Assembly (NCBI GenBank): GCA_043228905.1
Contig: JBHGNT010000005.1
Span: forward strand, 18,972,001-19,036,000
Direction: 5' to 3'
Source of the DNA: Azolla caroliniana
Lineage: Eukaryota; Plantae; Polypodiophyta
Length of the DNA stretch: 64,000 bases
A program made the translations under genes and the position numbers. Position 1 is the first letter of the stretch. Each line of letters starts with the position of its first letter. Below are positions 26,359 through 38,835 of the stretch, piece after piece. The notes under the pieces are model-generated. The model saw nothing but the letters and a program-made list of their open reading frames with translations. It searched no databases and was not told where the DNA came from.

Positions 26359-29162
26359 ATGGACTGCCAAACGTTGTCTGAAGCCGCCAAGAAATGGCTA
26401 CGGCAGCACGGACTGGAGGGTTTCTTAACGATCATGGAGGCGGCGCCACAAAAGGAGGCCGAAAAGATTATCAAAGAAATCGACACAGAGGTGATCATAG
26501 AGGAGGCGATCCGTGCGTTAATAGGCCTTCCGGAGGGAGGCGTCTACACGATTGACAATCCTACCTCCGAGCAACTCATCAAATATTTCCGTGAGTACTC
26601 TCTCGCCAACAAGGGCTATAGGACACAGGGCGGCGAAGATATGCTATTCCACGAAATTGCCCGTGTGCTCCATGAGTTTGGCCACGTGTACCCTCGACCC
26701 CCCGTCATGCCTCAGAACCGAGCATGCTTAATTATCGCGACGTACGAAGGGGTCAAGGTAGATTGGCCGGTGCTGATCGCCGACGGGCTGTGTACGGCGA
26801 TTGATATAGTAAGAGGGAAGGACGGCAAGGAATGCCGGAAAATATGGCATGCGGTGACGCAATGGCTCACCCTATTGGCGTCGCCGGTCGAGCCTGTCCA
26901 GACCAAGAAGCGGGGAAGAGCAACGAACGGCACCCCCGAAACCTGCTTCGAAACGGCAACAACTGTTGGCCTCCAAGGCCACTAAGGGGAAGACGGTCGA
27001 CGCAGAGAAGGCGGCAAAGGAGCGCGCCAGCCGGAAGCGGTCGACGGACACACACGAGGAGACACCGGCACAGGCCCTGAAGAGCCCACTCCACCGACCA
27101 ATGCAGCAAGAAACGAACACTTTGGCGGCAAGAATGAATGTCGGGACTCAAGCGGAGGAAATGGAGGAAGAACCCACGGAGCACCTCCAGCGGCGGCCGT
27201 TGAAGAGCACCGCTGAATCAGCCGGGAAGCATTCAGACCTACAGAAGGATGGAACCCCCGCAACTCACACTGAGCATCCCACGCCAAGGGAGGTACCGGA
27301 ACCGGTTCGGATGGAACCGGTCACAGAAGTCCCTGCGCAACAGGCAGCACCGGCAAGCCCTGTAACTCAAGAGCCGGATATACAAAGGCCAACCTTCCCA
27401 ACCGGCCAAGAACAAGTAGACAAGGGGCGGCTAGCCGAAAAACACTCAGAGCCGGAACGGCAAAGTGGTCAGCTGGCAGAACCAGAAGTGCAGCTCGATG
27501 CAGTAAGGTGGGACCAGCCACCGACGAGTGAACCCATCAACCAACCCTCCGTGCAAGCGCAACAACAGTGCACCGGCAGCCAATGGCTCCGGTGGATAGG
27601 AGAACAAATTGCCGGAGTAGTCGGCTGCATAGAGGCGGAGGAAAGAGCGCAAACGGAACGGTTGCTCGTCACAACCGATGAATTGGAGACGGCCCGGTCA
27701 AGGATCCGGAGCCTCGAACAAGACTTGGATCGGATCACAAGAGACATGGCCAAAATGGCCTTAACCACAACGCAGATCCAAGCACCGGTGACTCCGGTTG
27801 ATGTATAGAGGAATAAGACCTCGGAGACACAAACTGTCCCGGAGAAAGATGCGGCGCAAGCTCAAGAGCTTGCGGAATTACGAGATGAACTTGCCGCACA
27901 AGAAGCATTACGGAGCCGCGAACGCGACTTGAAGAAGGCGGCCGAAGAAGAATTAAAGAAGACTGTTGGGAACCTCCGCCGGGCAGAGGAAAACCTGCGT
28001 AAAGGACATCATGCTTACGACCGGCTAAAGGAGGAAAAGGAGAAATTGCTGCAGGAAAAAGACAAGCTGCGACGGATGGCGGAGATGAAAATCGAGAGGC
28101 TATAGGAGGAACTCCGTCAATAGAAGGACCGGGAGGACTGCCCGCGCTGGCAGATCAACCAAAGGCTGAAGCAGAAGACCGATGATTTTGATCATCTGCA
28201 CCGGGACTACAAGCAACTGGAGACGGGGTATAAGCAACGGCAGGAACGGATGGCCGAGCTCCGGCAAGAAGTTGATAGGGCCACATCGGCACTCGCCGAA
28301 GAACGAGCTGAGAGTTCCAAGCTATTGGAGGAAGCGGCGAATGACCGGATGGAGCTCCACAAACAGAACCATGAAGACAAGGAAAGAGCGACAATGGTAT
28401 TACAGAGGTTGCAAACAACCTATCAAAATCAATTGTCGCATTATAGGGAGCAAGAGGCGGACACGGTCCGTATCATCAAGCAATTGAAAGAGGAGCGACA
28501 AGCCGCAGAAAATAAATCACGGATGGGAGCCGAACGAATCCAGTGCATCCTCCGGTCATGGCTCACTAAGAACCAAAAGCTTGGTTGACGACAGCTCTGT
28601 GCGTTGGTGGACGAAATGGGCGCAGAATACGGCGGAACTCCAATTGCTCAGGGCGGACGTGGAAAACCGGCGGAAGGAGGGTGACTACTATTATACGCTG
28701 ACATCGGAGGACTTCACCGCCATAAGGGATGAGCTGGCTGAAGATTTCATAGCCCTAGTGGATGAACAATTGGTACAGGTCCGGCAGCTCGTAGCTCAAC
28801 TGGACGACGATCAGCTGGAGGCTCAAATCCAGTTTGAGAGCTATGAGCGGTCTTGGCTTCGGGAAGAAAAAGCGAGAAAGGTGGCAACAGTCAACCTTAG
28901 TGATGAGGAACCGTCGCCGGTACTAGGACCAGACGGGGACCAAGCCGGGGTCAGTCAGCCAGAGACAACTCCGATGGAGGAACCAACGAAGGAAACGTCG
29001 GTGCCAAAGCAACAAACGGAGCCGCAACCCCAAACGGAGAAGGCACAAATGGAGCAGCCACAGCCACAAACAGAACAGCAACCACAACAGCAATAACAGA
29101 TTCCCGACGAGCCATTGGGAATTTTGGAGCAAAGCATTCTGGACATTTTGGACGAATCGTAA
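26359..29162 (+). pseudogene. Gypsy extra 3' ORF (about 930 codons ancestral): globular N-domain, P/Q/E-rich linker, long coiled coil
   Basis: ORF pieces 26245-26985, 26966-27808, 28250-28588 and 28581-29096 join through two frameshifts and TAG stops at 27806, 28103 and 28121. Lies between integrase and the 3' LTR in sense orientation. Confidence 0.75.
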
Positions 29163-30714
29163 AAGGGCCGGATAATGGGTTCGACGTACAAGGTACTGTC
29201 CCACGGGCGTGCCATGTGTTATCGGCTGGCAAGAAGGCTTAAGGAGGTCCAAACCAGAGTGTGAAAAAGAATAGTTATTCGGGAACTATTGTAATTAGTA
29301 GTCTTAAACTATATAGTAATATATGAGAAGATGTGGACAGACGGACCGGAATCGGTATGCCGATCCGGATCCGGACCGATCCCGAAAAGGTGCCGTTTGG
29401 CACCGTTTTGTATTTCGCACCGGAGACCTATATAAAGGCCCGATTACAATGTAATCGAGAGCGGATAATTAATAGAACTTATTGCCTTAATCTTTCAGTG
29501 TTGATTACCGTTCTGTGCTTATTGTATATCTTACGCGTGTTAATGATGTATTGTTAAGTAATCGATTAAGGTCTAATTAAGCGTTGTGCCATAAGTCATT
29601 TTGCCGTACCACCCTTTGGTGATGTGTCTTAAGTGGACACCCTGTGTTAGGCTGTTGTCCGGCCCTAGGATTAACATTTTTCCCTCGCAGGGTTTTCCAC
29701 GTTAACATAATGTGTACCCACTCCAATCTCTCACATTGTCCGTGTATATGTGCATTTACTTTCATTGCCCATTTCTTCTGTGGTTGTGATTCTAACGAAG
29801 TGATTGAAGGCTCGGTTGTGACTAAGCATTATTCCACATATTCTTCACACCTCTGTGATGGCCATGGCGATGGTGATAGTGATGAAAGTGGGTTACATGT
29901 TTTGATTAATTGGGGTTTTACATCACATTTGAGGGAGAGATCAAAGTCTGTTAGTATGATGTGCACCTCCTCTCTTATCAAGACATTCTCAGGCTTGAGA
30001 TCTCTGTAAACAATGCCCAACATGTGAAGGTATTCCAGGGCCACCAGCACTTCAGAGGCATAAAACCTAGCAGCATCTAGGTGAAAGACGTGGCGTGGTT
30101 GTCTGTGTCGGAGAGCATGGAGGTCACCCCCAGCGCAGAAGTCCATGACTAGGAAGCAGAAGCACTCTATCTCCAAGTGGGCATAGAGGGTGGGCAAGAA
30201 GGGATGATCCACCATCTCCAACACCTCCACCTCCATCACCATCCTCTACACCTTCTCCCTGCTCCTCACCACAACTTCATCCATAGCCTTAATGGCAAAT
30301 TTCCCCCACCCCCTAGAACCTGATGACTCACCACTATTGTTCTTCTTCTTCTCATCGTCCTGCCTCAGCAATTGAGCCAGATACACACTCCCAATATCGC
30401 CATAGCCGAGTTTACTTAGAACCTTGAAATGGCTATGGAGAGATTCTCCTTTATGTACCTTACATGGGTGGTCTTTGCACTATTAGGTTTTGGGGATCTT
30501 TGTTCCTTCTTCCTCGTAGTTACTGAGTAGTAGTCACGCCTGACTATAACAAACTCAGTCTGCAGCTACGGAAGCAGGGCTTCATGTCTTCCCTTCTGCT
30601 ACTTCTTTCTTCTTCTTCTTCTTCTTCTTCCGAGGATCTAGGGTTTCCATCCCAAAAACGAAACGATGAGTTAGGGGAGAGACACACACACACACACACA
30701 CAATACATAGATGC

Positions 30715-30760
<46 letters not shown>

Positions 30761-30786
30761 GTGTTGGAGAAGGAGACATGACTTCT

Positions 30787-31135
30787 TGTCAAGGGAGGGT
30801 CGTCCGTTCATGCGTGCCGAAAGTGTTGTTGGGGCTTCACCCCCTTCCCAAGGGGAGTTACGTTAGAGAGAAAGAAAGAGAGAGTGAAACAAGGATGACA
30901 CCAAAATGAGGGGAAAAAGCTATGTTTTCCTTATGTGCCCCATAAGGGGTTTTTATAGTACATAATGTAACGGTTAATAATATGACCGTTACACAAAGAA
31001 GACCGTTACATTCTTGTCACATGCACATAATTGTGCATGTGCTCACACATACTCATCCTCACACACTCATATACATTAAACACCTTAGACCATACACATT
31101 ACACCTTATCCCTCCGTACACCTATGCGGGTAACA
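30787..31135 (-). mobile_element. Possible LTR fragment
   Basis: TG...TAACA ends, minus-strand TATA-like motif near 30952 and short palindromes; abuts a copia gag fragment exactly at 31136. No TSD found. Confidence 0.3.
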
Positions 31136-31626
31136 CTCAGCTCAATAAGCGTCAACGTGGCAGATGATAACATAGTGCAAATATGCCTAGGTGGCCTCGC
31201 ACCACGGTTCGGCGTGATGAGAACCGTCGTCCTAGCAAGGGAGAATCCTCCCTCTTTCTTCGATCTTCAATCAATGTTGTTGGTTGAAGACAACCATGTT
31301 CGAACAAGGAGCAACGCCTCAGAAGGCCACATGCTCTACTCACACTCAAACGGAGGAAGAGGACGCGATCGAGCAAGAAGAGGTTGATTCAGCAATGTCC
31401 CATTCGAGAAAGACATCGAGCAAACTTATATCAAAAACGTATTGCATGTACCGACCATCACAAAGAATTTGGTCTCAGTTGGCCAAATTGTGGAGCAAGG
31501 CATACAAGTCCGATTCAACCAAGGTGGTTGTTTCATCGAGAAGGAAGGCTGAATCATCACTCGCAGTTGAAGGGAAGGCCGAATGTTTATCCTCGAGCCA
31601 AACGAGGTAAAATTGACTATGTTTGC
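31136..31626 (+). mobile_element. Internally deleted copia gag/pol fragment (same family as the 37824 gag)
   Basis: VQICLGGLAPRFG...ENPPSFFDLQSMLL joined directly to KNVLHVPTITKNLVSVGQIVEQG. Confidence 0.8.
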
Positions 31627-31853
31627 TGTTGAGAATCGAACTGAACTTCCCATAGAGATAGTGTTCACACTAGCAAGTGGACAACATACTAGGCTAGCTT
31701 GTAATTAGTAGAAAGGGCACTTGCCCTAGATCAATTGGTATTTAAACCAACCCTTTGTAACTTAGTTATTGTTGGATATAATTCATTTTTTACTTATATA
31801 GCTTCTTCCTCAAGCTCCCTCTCCCCCTCTCTCTTTGTCTTGCATTACATGCA

Positions 31854-31896
<43 letters not shown>

Positions 31897-31987
31897 CTCG
31901 CTTCCATTGCATAGCACCACCTACGTCTCTTCTTCTTTACATGGTATCAGAGTGTGTGGTTGTTTGATCAAACTCGCTCAACTATGT

Positions 31988-34900
31988 TGTAGAAAGTAAC
32001 GTGCGGAAGCAAGTATGAAGACCGAACAAAAGGAAGAAAACTCAGGTTTAATGGAGAGCTTGAGCTCACGCAGTATACGCAGGAGTGAGAGAGGAAAACA
32101 CAAGAGGTATATTCAAAAAATACACAATCTCTATTCACCATGCTCTATACATATGTGTGTTCAATGAACACTTTTATACAAGTCCTAGAAGGACTGACCG
32201 AAGTACTGACAGTACTTCAATGCTCATTAAGAGATCCTACACTAACTCCCAAATATATTCCTCACGGAATATCTTTCCTAACGGCCTCCCGGTTTACGCA
32301 CCGATCCAGCCCTACCTACGCACCGGTCTGCGTACCGATTTACGCATTCGGCCTAACCGATCGGTCCCAACCGATCCGGTCCTCGGCTTCTTCAGCCGAT
32401 CCGGCCGATGTTGAGCTTGTCTCTCAACACCCCCCCTCAAGCTCAACTTGAGGTTCTTCGGGATCTTCGGGCTCACAGCTCCGGTTCCTCCTGGCTTCAC
32501 GCCTCGCTCGCGCTCCACGACCTATTCGACTCCGCGCGCTTCGACCCTTCCGGTCGGCTTGTCTGCTCATGTGGCCCTTATCAGCTCTTTTGCTGTTGCG
32601 GTGTTGACGCTTCTCCTGCTGCCTTTTCTTCCGCTTGGGCCTCGGTTGATTCAACGTATCTGAATCAAACATCCGAATCGACTCGGCTACCTCCGATCGG
32701 TTTTCGCTCTTGTCCGAGTTGGCTGTCTCCAACTTGTCTTCGGTCTTCTCGCCCTCGATGGCGTCATCTTCCCCATGCGTGGTTGGCTTGGGCTCTCTCC
32801 TTTGGCTACTCCCCTTCTGTCCGCTTCCGGACTTTTCCACGGGTCCGCCCTCGGCTTCTTCAGCCGATCTGAAGTCGAACTCGACAACCGAGTCAATCGA
32901 CTCGGTGTCGCGGTCTCCACTCCTTTCCTGCTGCCTTGCGACTGTTCTCCCCCTCAAGTTTGGCACGTCGAGGTGACGCAATCCGAGCGCACCTGAGAAT
33001 TGCCACAACTTGTCCAGACCAAGAGGCTTGGTGAAGATGTCGACAGCCTGTCGATCCGTCGGAACGTACTGAAGTTCGACTTCACCGGAAAGGACACGCT
33101 CACGGACGAAATGGTAGTGCACCTCAATGTGCTTGGTTCGTGCGTGGAAAACGGGGTTTTTCGCGAGCTGGATGCTGCTGAGGTTGTCGCAGTAGATCGT
33201 CGTCGGATCTGACACCTCCTCTTGCAGGTCCCTCAGCACCTGTTTCAACCATATGGCTTCGCATGTCGCGACAGCCGCTCCTCAGTACTCAGCTTTGGTG
33301 CTCGACAGTGCAACTGTCGACTGCTTCTTACTGCTCCACGCGATCGCGGCACTCCCGAGGGAGAACGCATATCCGGACGTGGATCGGCGATCAGCGGCGT
33401 TGCCAGCCCAATCAGCATCAGTGTAGCCGACTAACTGCACGGCTGCACCGGTCCGATATAGCAGTCCCCAGTCCTTAGTGCTGTTGACATACCGAAGTAT
33501 GCGTTGCGCACACTGGAGGTGCTCCTCGGTAGGTCACGCCATGAACTGACTGATCACTCCGACCGGATAACTGAGGTCGGGTCGGGTGATGGTCAAGTAT
33601 ATGAGGCTTCTAACAATTTGTCGGAACCTCGTCGGGTCGCGTACCTTTCCCGTATCGAGACGAAGCTTGACGGTTCTGTCCAGAGGAGTCGAGACGAACT
33701 TACAGTCGGCCATCCCGAATTTGAAGAGCATACTCAGCACGTAATGACGTTGGCTGATCAATATGCCTTCGGGGGTACGGATCACTTCGATCCCAAGGAA
33801 GTAATGAAGGTCCCCCAGATCCTTCATGTTGAACGATGCCGCAAGCTGGAGCTTCACGCGGTCGATTTCACCTAGGTCGGCGCCGGTGATGACCAAGTCA
33901 TCAACATATAGTAAGATACTAACTGGTTCGAGTCGACCTTTCCGGATGAACAGGGAAGAGTCCGATTTTGACTTCACAAAGCCCATCCGACGCAGTTGTT
34001 GCATGATCTTCGCGTTCCAGGCACGCGGGGCTTGCTTCAGTCCGTAAAGGGATTTCTTCAGTCGGCATACTGCCGAGGAGTTCGTTCCAGAGTGAAATCT
34101 GGGGGGCTGTACCATGTACACTTGTTCCTCAAGGTCACCTTGCAGGAACGCATTCTTTACATCCATCTGATGTAAGTGCCACCCCTTCACCGCAGCTACT
34201 GTGAGCAAAACACGGACAGTCGTCATTTTCGCGACCAACGCAAACGTCTCATCGTAGTCGATGCCGTGTTTCTGCACGTAGCCCTTTGCCACTAGCCGAG
34301 CCTTGTACTGGTTGACCAAGCCATCGGTGTTGTACTTGACCTTGTACACCCACCTACACCCGATCGGTTTTACCCCTGTTGGTGCGTCAACCAGGTCCCA
34401 GGTCTCGTTCTCCGCCAATGCGTGCATCTCTTCCTCCATCATTGCACGCCAATTCACGTCTTTAGCCGCTTCTGCGTAGCTCTCTGGCTCACGCACTTCT
34501 GCTACACGGGTCATGTACGCATAATGATGCGCCATGTACTCGTTGTGTCCGAACCGCAAAATAGGATTCTTCTGGCGGGTAGATCGGCGTAATCTCACAT
34601 TAGCCGATGTCGAGACCTTCTCAGTCGACGCGGACTTCACCTTTAAAGACCCGTCACCGGTTCCCTCGGAGTCGGACTCGTGTCGGTCTGACTCGTTCCT
34701 ATCCGTGCCAGAATCCGACACCTTCTGCTTCCCTTTCTCTTTGCGCGTAAACCGTCTCCTCGACTTCCTACGCGGGGAATGCACGACCGAGTTTCCACTA
34801 CTCGCTGGATCTTCATCGAACTGATCGTACCGACTCAGTCGTCCAATCGGTCCACTTAAACGGAGTGAAATCGGACTCCCTTCGCGGGTCTCGATTTCGG

Positions 34901-37756
34901 GCTCATCCGGAGGCATCTCGGTCTCGCTGACCTCATCGTCAGAACTCGGATTGGAGTCAGGGTTCGGAGTCGGGGGCTGGTACCAGGACGCGGACTCGTC
35001 AAACACAACGTCACGGCTAACACGCGCTTGTTTGGTGCGAGGGTTATAGCACTTATAACCCTTCTGCTCGTCTGAGTAACCGACCAAGATGCATTTCTCG
35101 GCCTTTGCGTCCAGCTTCCTCCTTTTCTCCTTCGGTACATGCACATACGCAATGCTACCAAACACCCTCAAGTGTCGCAAGTTCGGCTTCGTTCCGAAAT
35201 ATAGCTCGTGCGCCGACACTTTGTCTCCGATCCGGTTCTAGATGTATACCGCGGTCCTTACCGCCTCGGCCCAATAGAACTTGGGCAAGCTCTTCTCCTC
35301 CAGCATTGCTCGTGCCACTTCCACAACTGACCGATTCTTCCTCTCGGCCACGCCATTCTGCTCCGGCGTGTATCTACAACTGAATTCGCGCCGAATTCCC
35401 ATTTGATGTAGATAACCATTGAATTGACCAAAAAAGTACTCTTTCCTGCCATCTGACCGCAGGCACTTGATCTTTCGTCCCGTTTCCGTTTCCACGAACC
35501 CTTTGAGGTCCCGGAAACAGTCGAAGATTTCGCTCTTCCTCTCAATGAGGTAGATCCACGTGTGCCGCGTGTGGTCGTCGATGAAGGAGATGAAATATCG
35601 GCTCCTGCCAAGACTAACGTTTTGTGTCGGCCCCCATACATCGGAGTGTATAAGGTCGATCTTGTTCCGGCTCTGGTTTCGCTCGTTGGGGAAAGGAAGT
35701 CGGTGTTGCTTCCCGAGCTAGAAGGCTTCACAAATTTGTGCCTTTCGGCCACTAAATTTGGGCAATCCGAACACTACCTGTTTCGATTGCAGATCTTGAA
35801 GCCGCTGGTAGTTGACGTGGCCTATCCGCTTGTGCCACAAGTCGATGTCCAACTCGGATTTTTGTCCCTTCACGAACATTGCGGTGCCGCCGTCAGTGGA
35901 ATCGAGGATGAACATCCTCCCGTCTCTGCGCCCTTGCGCAATCACACGGCCTTCTTCCTCAATGAAGCACCCGAGGTGTGTAAACCAAACCTCCATCCCT
36001 TGGTCGACGATCTGTCCGACCGAGACCAAGTTCTTCGTGATTGTCGGAACGTGCAGCACGTTCATGAGTTTCCCTTTCTCCCCGACATGGCTAAGGGGAA
36101 CTTCTCCGACCTTCGCGATCGGATGCGGAGTGTCGTCTCCAGTTGCGACTACTCCAGGTTGTATCGGTTTTTCAAGGTACGAGAACCACTCCTTGTGGCT
36201 CGTCATGTGGTTTGACGCGCCGGAGTCTACGTACCACACCTCGTCCGATCTTGGGGTGGTCCGTTTCATTGAGTTTGCTTCGTGTCCCTTCTACGGCTTT
36301 CCCGGAGTCTTCGGCGTAGTGCGATCGCTGCCGATTTCCCTTATCGGTATGTCCGGAGCCGTTTCCGGAACCAGTTCTCTCCGAATCGGCGCGCTTCTTC
36401 CAGCACTCACTTTCCCTGTGGCCTTTCTTGCCACAGTACCAGCACTCCGCGATGACCTTCCCTTGCCGGTTCTCATCGCTTCGACTCCCCCTGTTTCCGG
36501 AGGGTCCGGAGTTGCTGTCCGCATCACTTCGGTGCCTTCTTCCTTGATCTCGTCGGCCGCCTCCATTGCGCCCCGACTCACCTCGTCCTCCACGTCCATG
36601 GGGCCTATCTCCCTTCGTGTACAACATTCTATTGTCGGCGTGCGTGCTTGTAGACACACCCGCGTGGTTCTCCTCTATCAGGAGCATTGATTGTAAGTCG
36701 AAAAAGGACGGTGTATTCTCTCGAGTACACACAGCCGTTCGAAACGCTCCGAACTTCGACGCCAAACCTCCGAGACAGATCTGGACCATCTCGCTCTCCT
36801 CGATGTTCACCTCTATGGAGGTGAGGGAGTCGCAGATATCCTTGATCTTCGAGGTATAGTCCGCCACTGACAAGTCGCGTTGTCGTAGGTTGCTCAACTC
36901 CTGTCGGAGCTGAAGCTTCCTGGCTGTGGTGCTCGCGGCGAAAATCTTCTTCAGATTTTCCCACGCACCCTTCGGCGTCTTTGCATCCCGAACATAGCTC
37001 AATAGTTGTTTGCCCACACACGACGCGAAGCAGTATAATACCCTGCTCGCCGATTGCTCCCACGACGGGAAGTCTCTCTGTGTCGATTCGGGTGCCGCGT
37101 CATTAGCTCCTTCGACATATCTCCAGTAGCCGTGCCCGAGCAGGTACTGGTGCATCTTGTAGGACCAAGACGCTTAGTTGGTTCTGTCGAGCTTCTCTGT
37201 TGGAAGCGAGCTCGCCATGCCTCTAAACATCGTTCTTCTTGTTCTTCTTCGTCAAGCTGTGTCGGCTGCAGGGAGGTTCTCAACCCTCACGCTCTGATAC
37301 CATGTAGAAAGTAACGTGCGGAAGCAAGTATGAAGACCGAACAGAAGGAAGAAAACTCGGGTTTAATGGAGAGCTTGAGCTCACGTAGTATACGCAGGAG
37401 AAATAGAGAGAGTGAGAGAGGAAAATACAAGAGGTATATTCAAAAAATACACAATCTCTATTCACCACACTCTATACATATGTGTGTTCAATGAACACTT
37501 TTATACAAGTCCTAGAAGGACTGACCGAAGTACTGACAGTACTTCAATGCTCATTAAGAACTCCTACACTAACTCCCAAATATATTCCTCACGGAATATC
37601 TTTCCTAACGGCCTCCCGGTTTACGCACCGATCCGGCCCTACCTACGCACCGGTCTGCGTACCGATTTACGCATTCGGCCTAACCGATCGGTCCCAACCG
37701 ATCCGGTTCTCGGCTTCTTCAACCGATCTGGCCAATGTTGAGCTTGTCTCTCAACA
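31988..37756 (-). mobile_element. Full-length Ty1/copia; LTRs 31988-32429 and 37303-37756; decayed gag-pol
   Basis: TSD TATGT, PBS complement at 37291-37302, PPT at 32430-32440. Gag CWYCGKKGHRESEC, PR WYVDSGASNH, IN TPEQNGVAERKNR, RT LYVDDL, RH FHARTKHIEVHYHF. LTRs differ by about 13 substitutions plus a 12-bp indel. Confidence 0.95.
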
Positions 37757-38835
37757 TATGTTGTGATCACAACACCGACGATCGTCAAAACCGGTTCAAG
37801 CAACAGAGAAAGAAATCGACATCATGAATACTCAAATGGGAAACGTTCTTCCTACGGAGAAGCTCCATAGGACAAACTTTGCATCTTGGGAATACAAGAT
37901 GCATCAATACCTTGTCAGACAAGGTTACTGGAGCTATATCGAAAGAGCTCACGAAACGCAACCCAACCCAACACATGCCGACTACCCAACGTGGGAGCAA
38001 GCCGCAAGCCATGTGTTGTATTGCCTTGCATCATGTGTACATGATCACATGCTCGGCTATATTCGAGAGTCGAAAATGCAAAAAGAAGCTAGGGGCAATC
38101 TCAAGAAGATTTTTGTGGCTAATACAGTTGCATAAAAGCTCCAACTCCGACAAGAGTTGAATAACTTGCAACAGAGGGATATGTCGACCACCAACTATAC
38201 CTTGAACATCAAGGAGCTGTGTGACGCCCTCACATTGATCAACATCGTCATCGATGATGACAAGATGGTGCAAATATGCCTCCGCGGCTTGGCACCTCGA
38301 TTCGGCATGATTAGATCAGCCATTCTCGCAAGGGAGAATCCACCCTCCTTTTTTTATCTTCAATCGATACTATTGGTGGAGGAAAATCATGCTCGACAAA
38401 GGAGCAATGCACCCGATGGTCAAATGCTCTACCCCCAGTCGGATGATAGAGGATTCGGTCGAGGAAACAGAGGTATATTCGGCCGAGGGCGACGGGGTCA
38501 GCCGACCCGAGAACGCAACTCCCACCAATGGCAAGACAATGGGAACAATTCTAGGGAGTTCGGCAGAAGGGGGAGCTATCCTACCAAATCAAGCCATCGC
38601 AATAACCCGATCGAAGGCGGGTACTGTGGAAAACTCGGCCACTACGAAGAGGAGTGCCGAAAGAAACAACGAGAATCGGCTTCAACTAGCCGACAACTCA
38701 CGAACTATGCCACGAATTCCGACTACGACGATAGTGGCAGAATGTTTATGATGAGGCACAAAGCGCATTCAATGTCGACACAAGGTGAGACAAGCACCTC
38801 TCCTTCGGATAATGTATGGTTTTTCGATTCGGGAG

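Larger units (their letters stand above)
18491..29676 (+). mobile_element. Full-length non-chromovirus Ty3/gypsy element (Athila/Phygy/Selgy-like) with extra 3' ORF; LTRs 18491-18867 and 29217-29676
   Basis: Paired TG...CA LTRs (about 11 substitutions plus an 83-bp indel by eye), TSD TTTTT, PBS TGGCGACCAC (tRNA-Arg-like), domain order gag-PR-RT-RH-IN, no chromodomain. Confidence 0.93.
18007..29849 (+). mobile_element. Copia (Tork-like family) solo LTR split into 18007-18490 and 29682-29849
   Basis: TG...CA ends with TSD CCTCT (18002-18006 / 29850-29854). Start TGTTAGGATTTCGGTCCCTCCG matches the LTR of the 40757-46145 element. ~40-bp U3 tandem repeats at 18040-18180. Confidence 0.85.
17440..30650 (-). 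pseudogene. AGCVIII (PINOID/WAG/D6PK-family) Ser/Thr kinase pseudogene, intronless, split by an insertion at 18007-29849
   Basis: N-part about 30650-29850 has [38 protein letters not shown]-part 18001-17440 has [30 protein letters not shown]. In-frame stops, a frameshift, mutated GTHEYLAPE and a missing C-terminal subdomain. Confidence 0.85.

Noticed and set aside
29821-29838. Solo LTR end at CCACA (29838)
   Set aside because: The flank TATTC does not match; the CA at 29849 gives the exact CCTCT TSD.
29829-30242. Intact small kinase gene
   Set aside because: It is a fragment of the split pseudogene: preceded by an in-frame TAG and terminating inside the LTR.
30544-30792. Short ORFs over (CA)n/(AG)n/(CTT)n tracts, and similar ones at 57.8-59.6 kb
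   Set aside because: Microsatellite-derived low-complexity frames.
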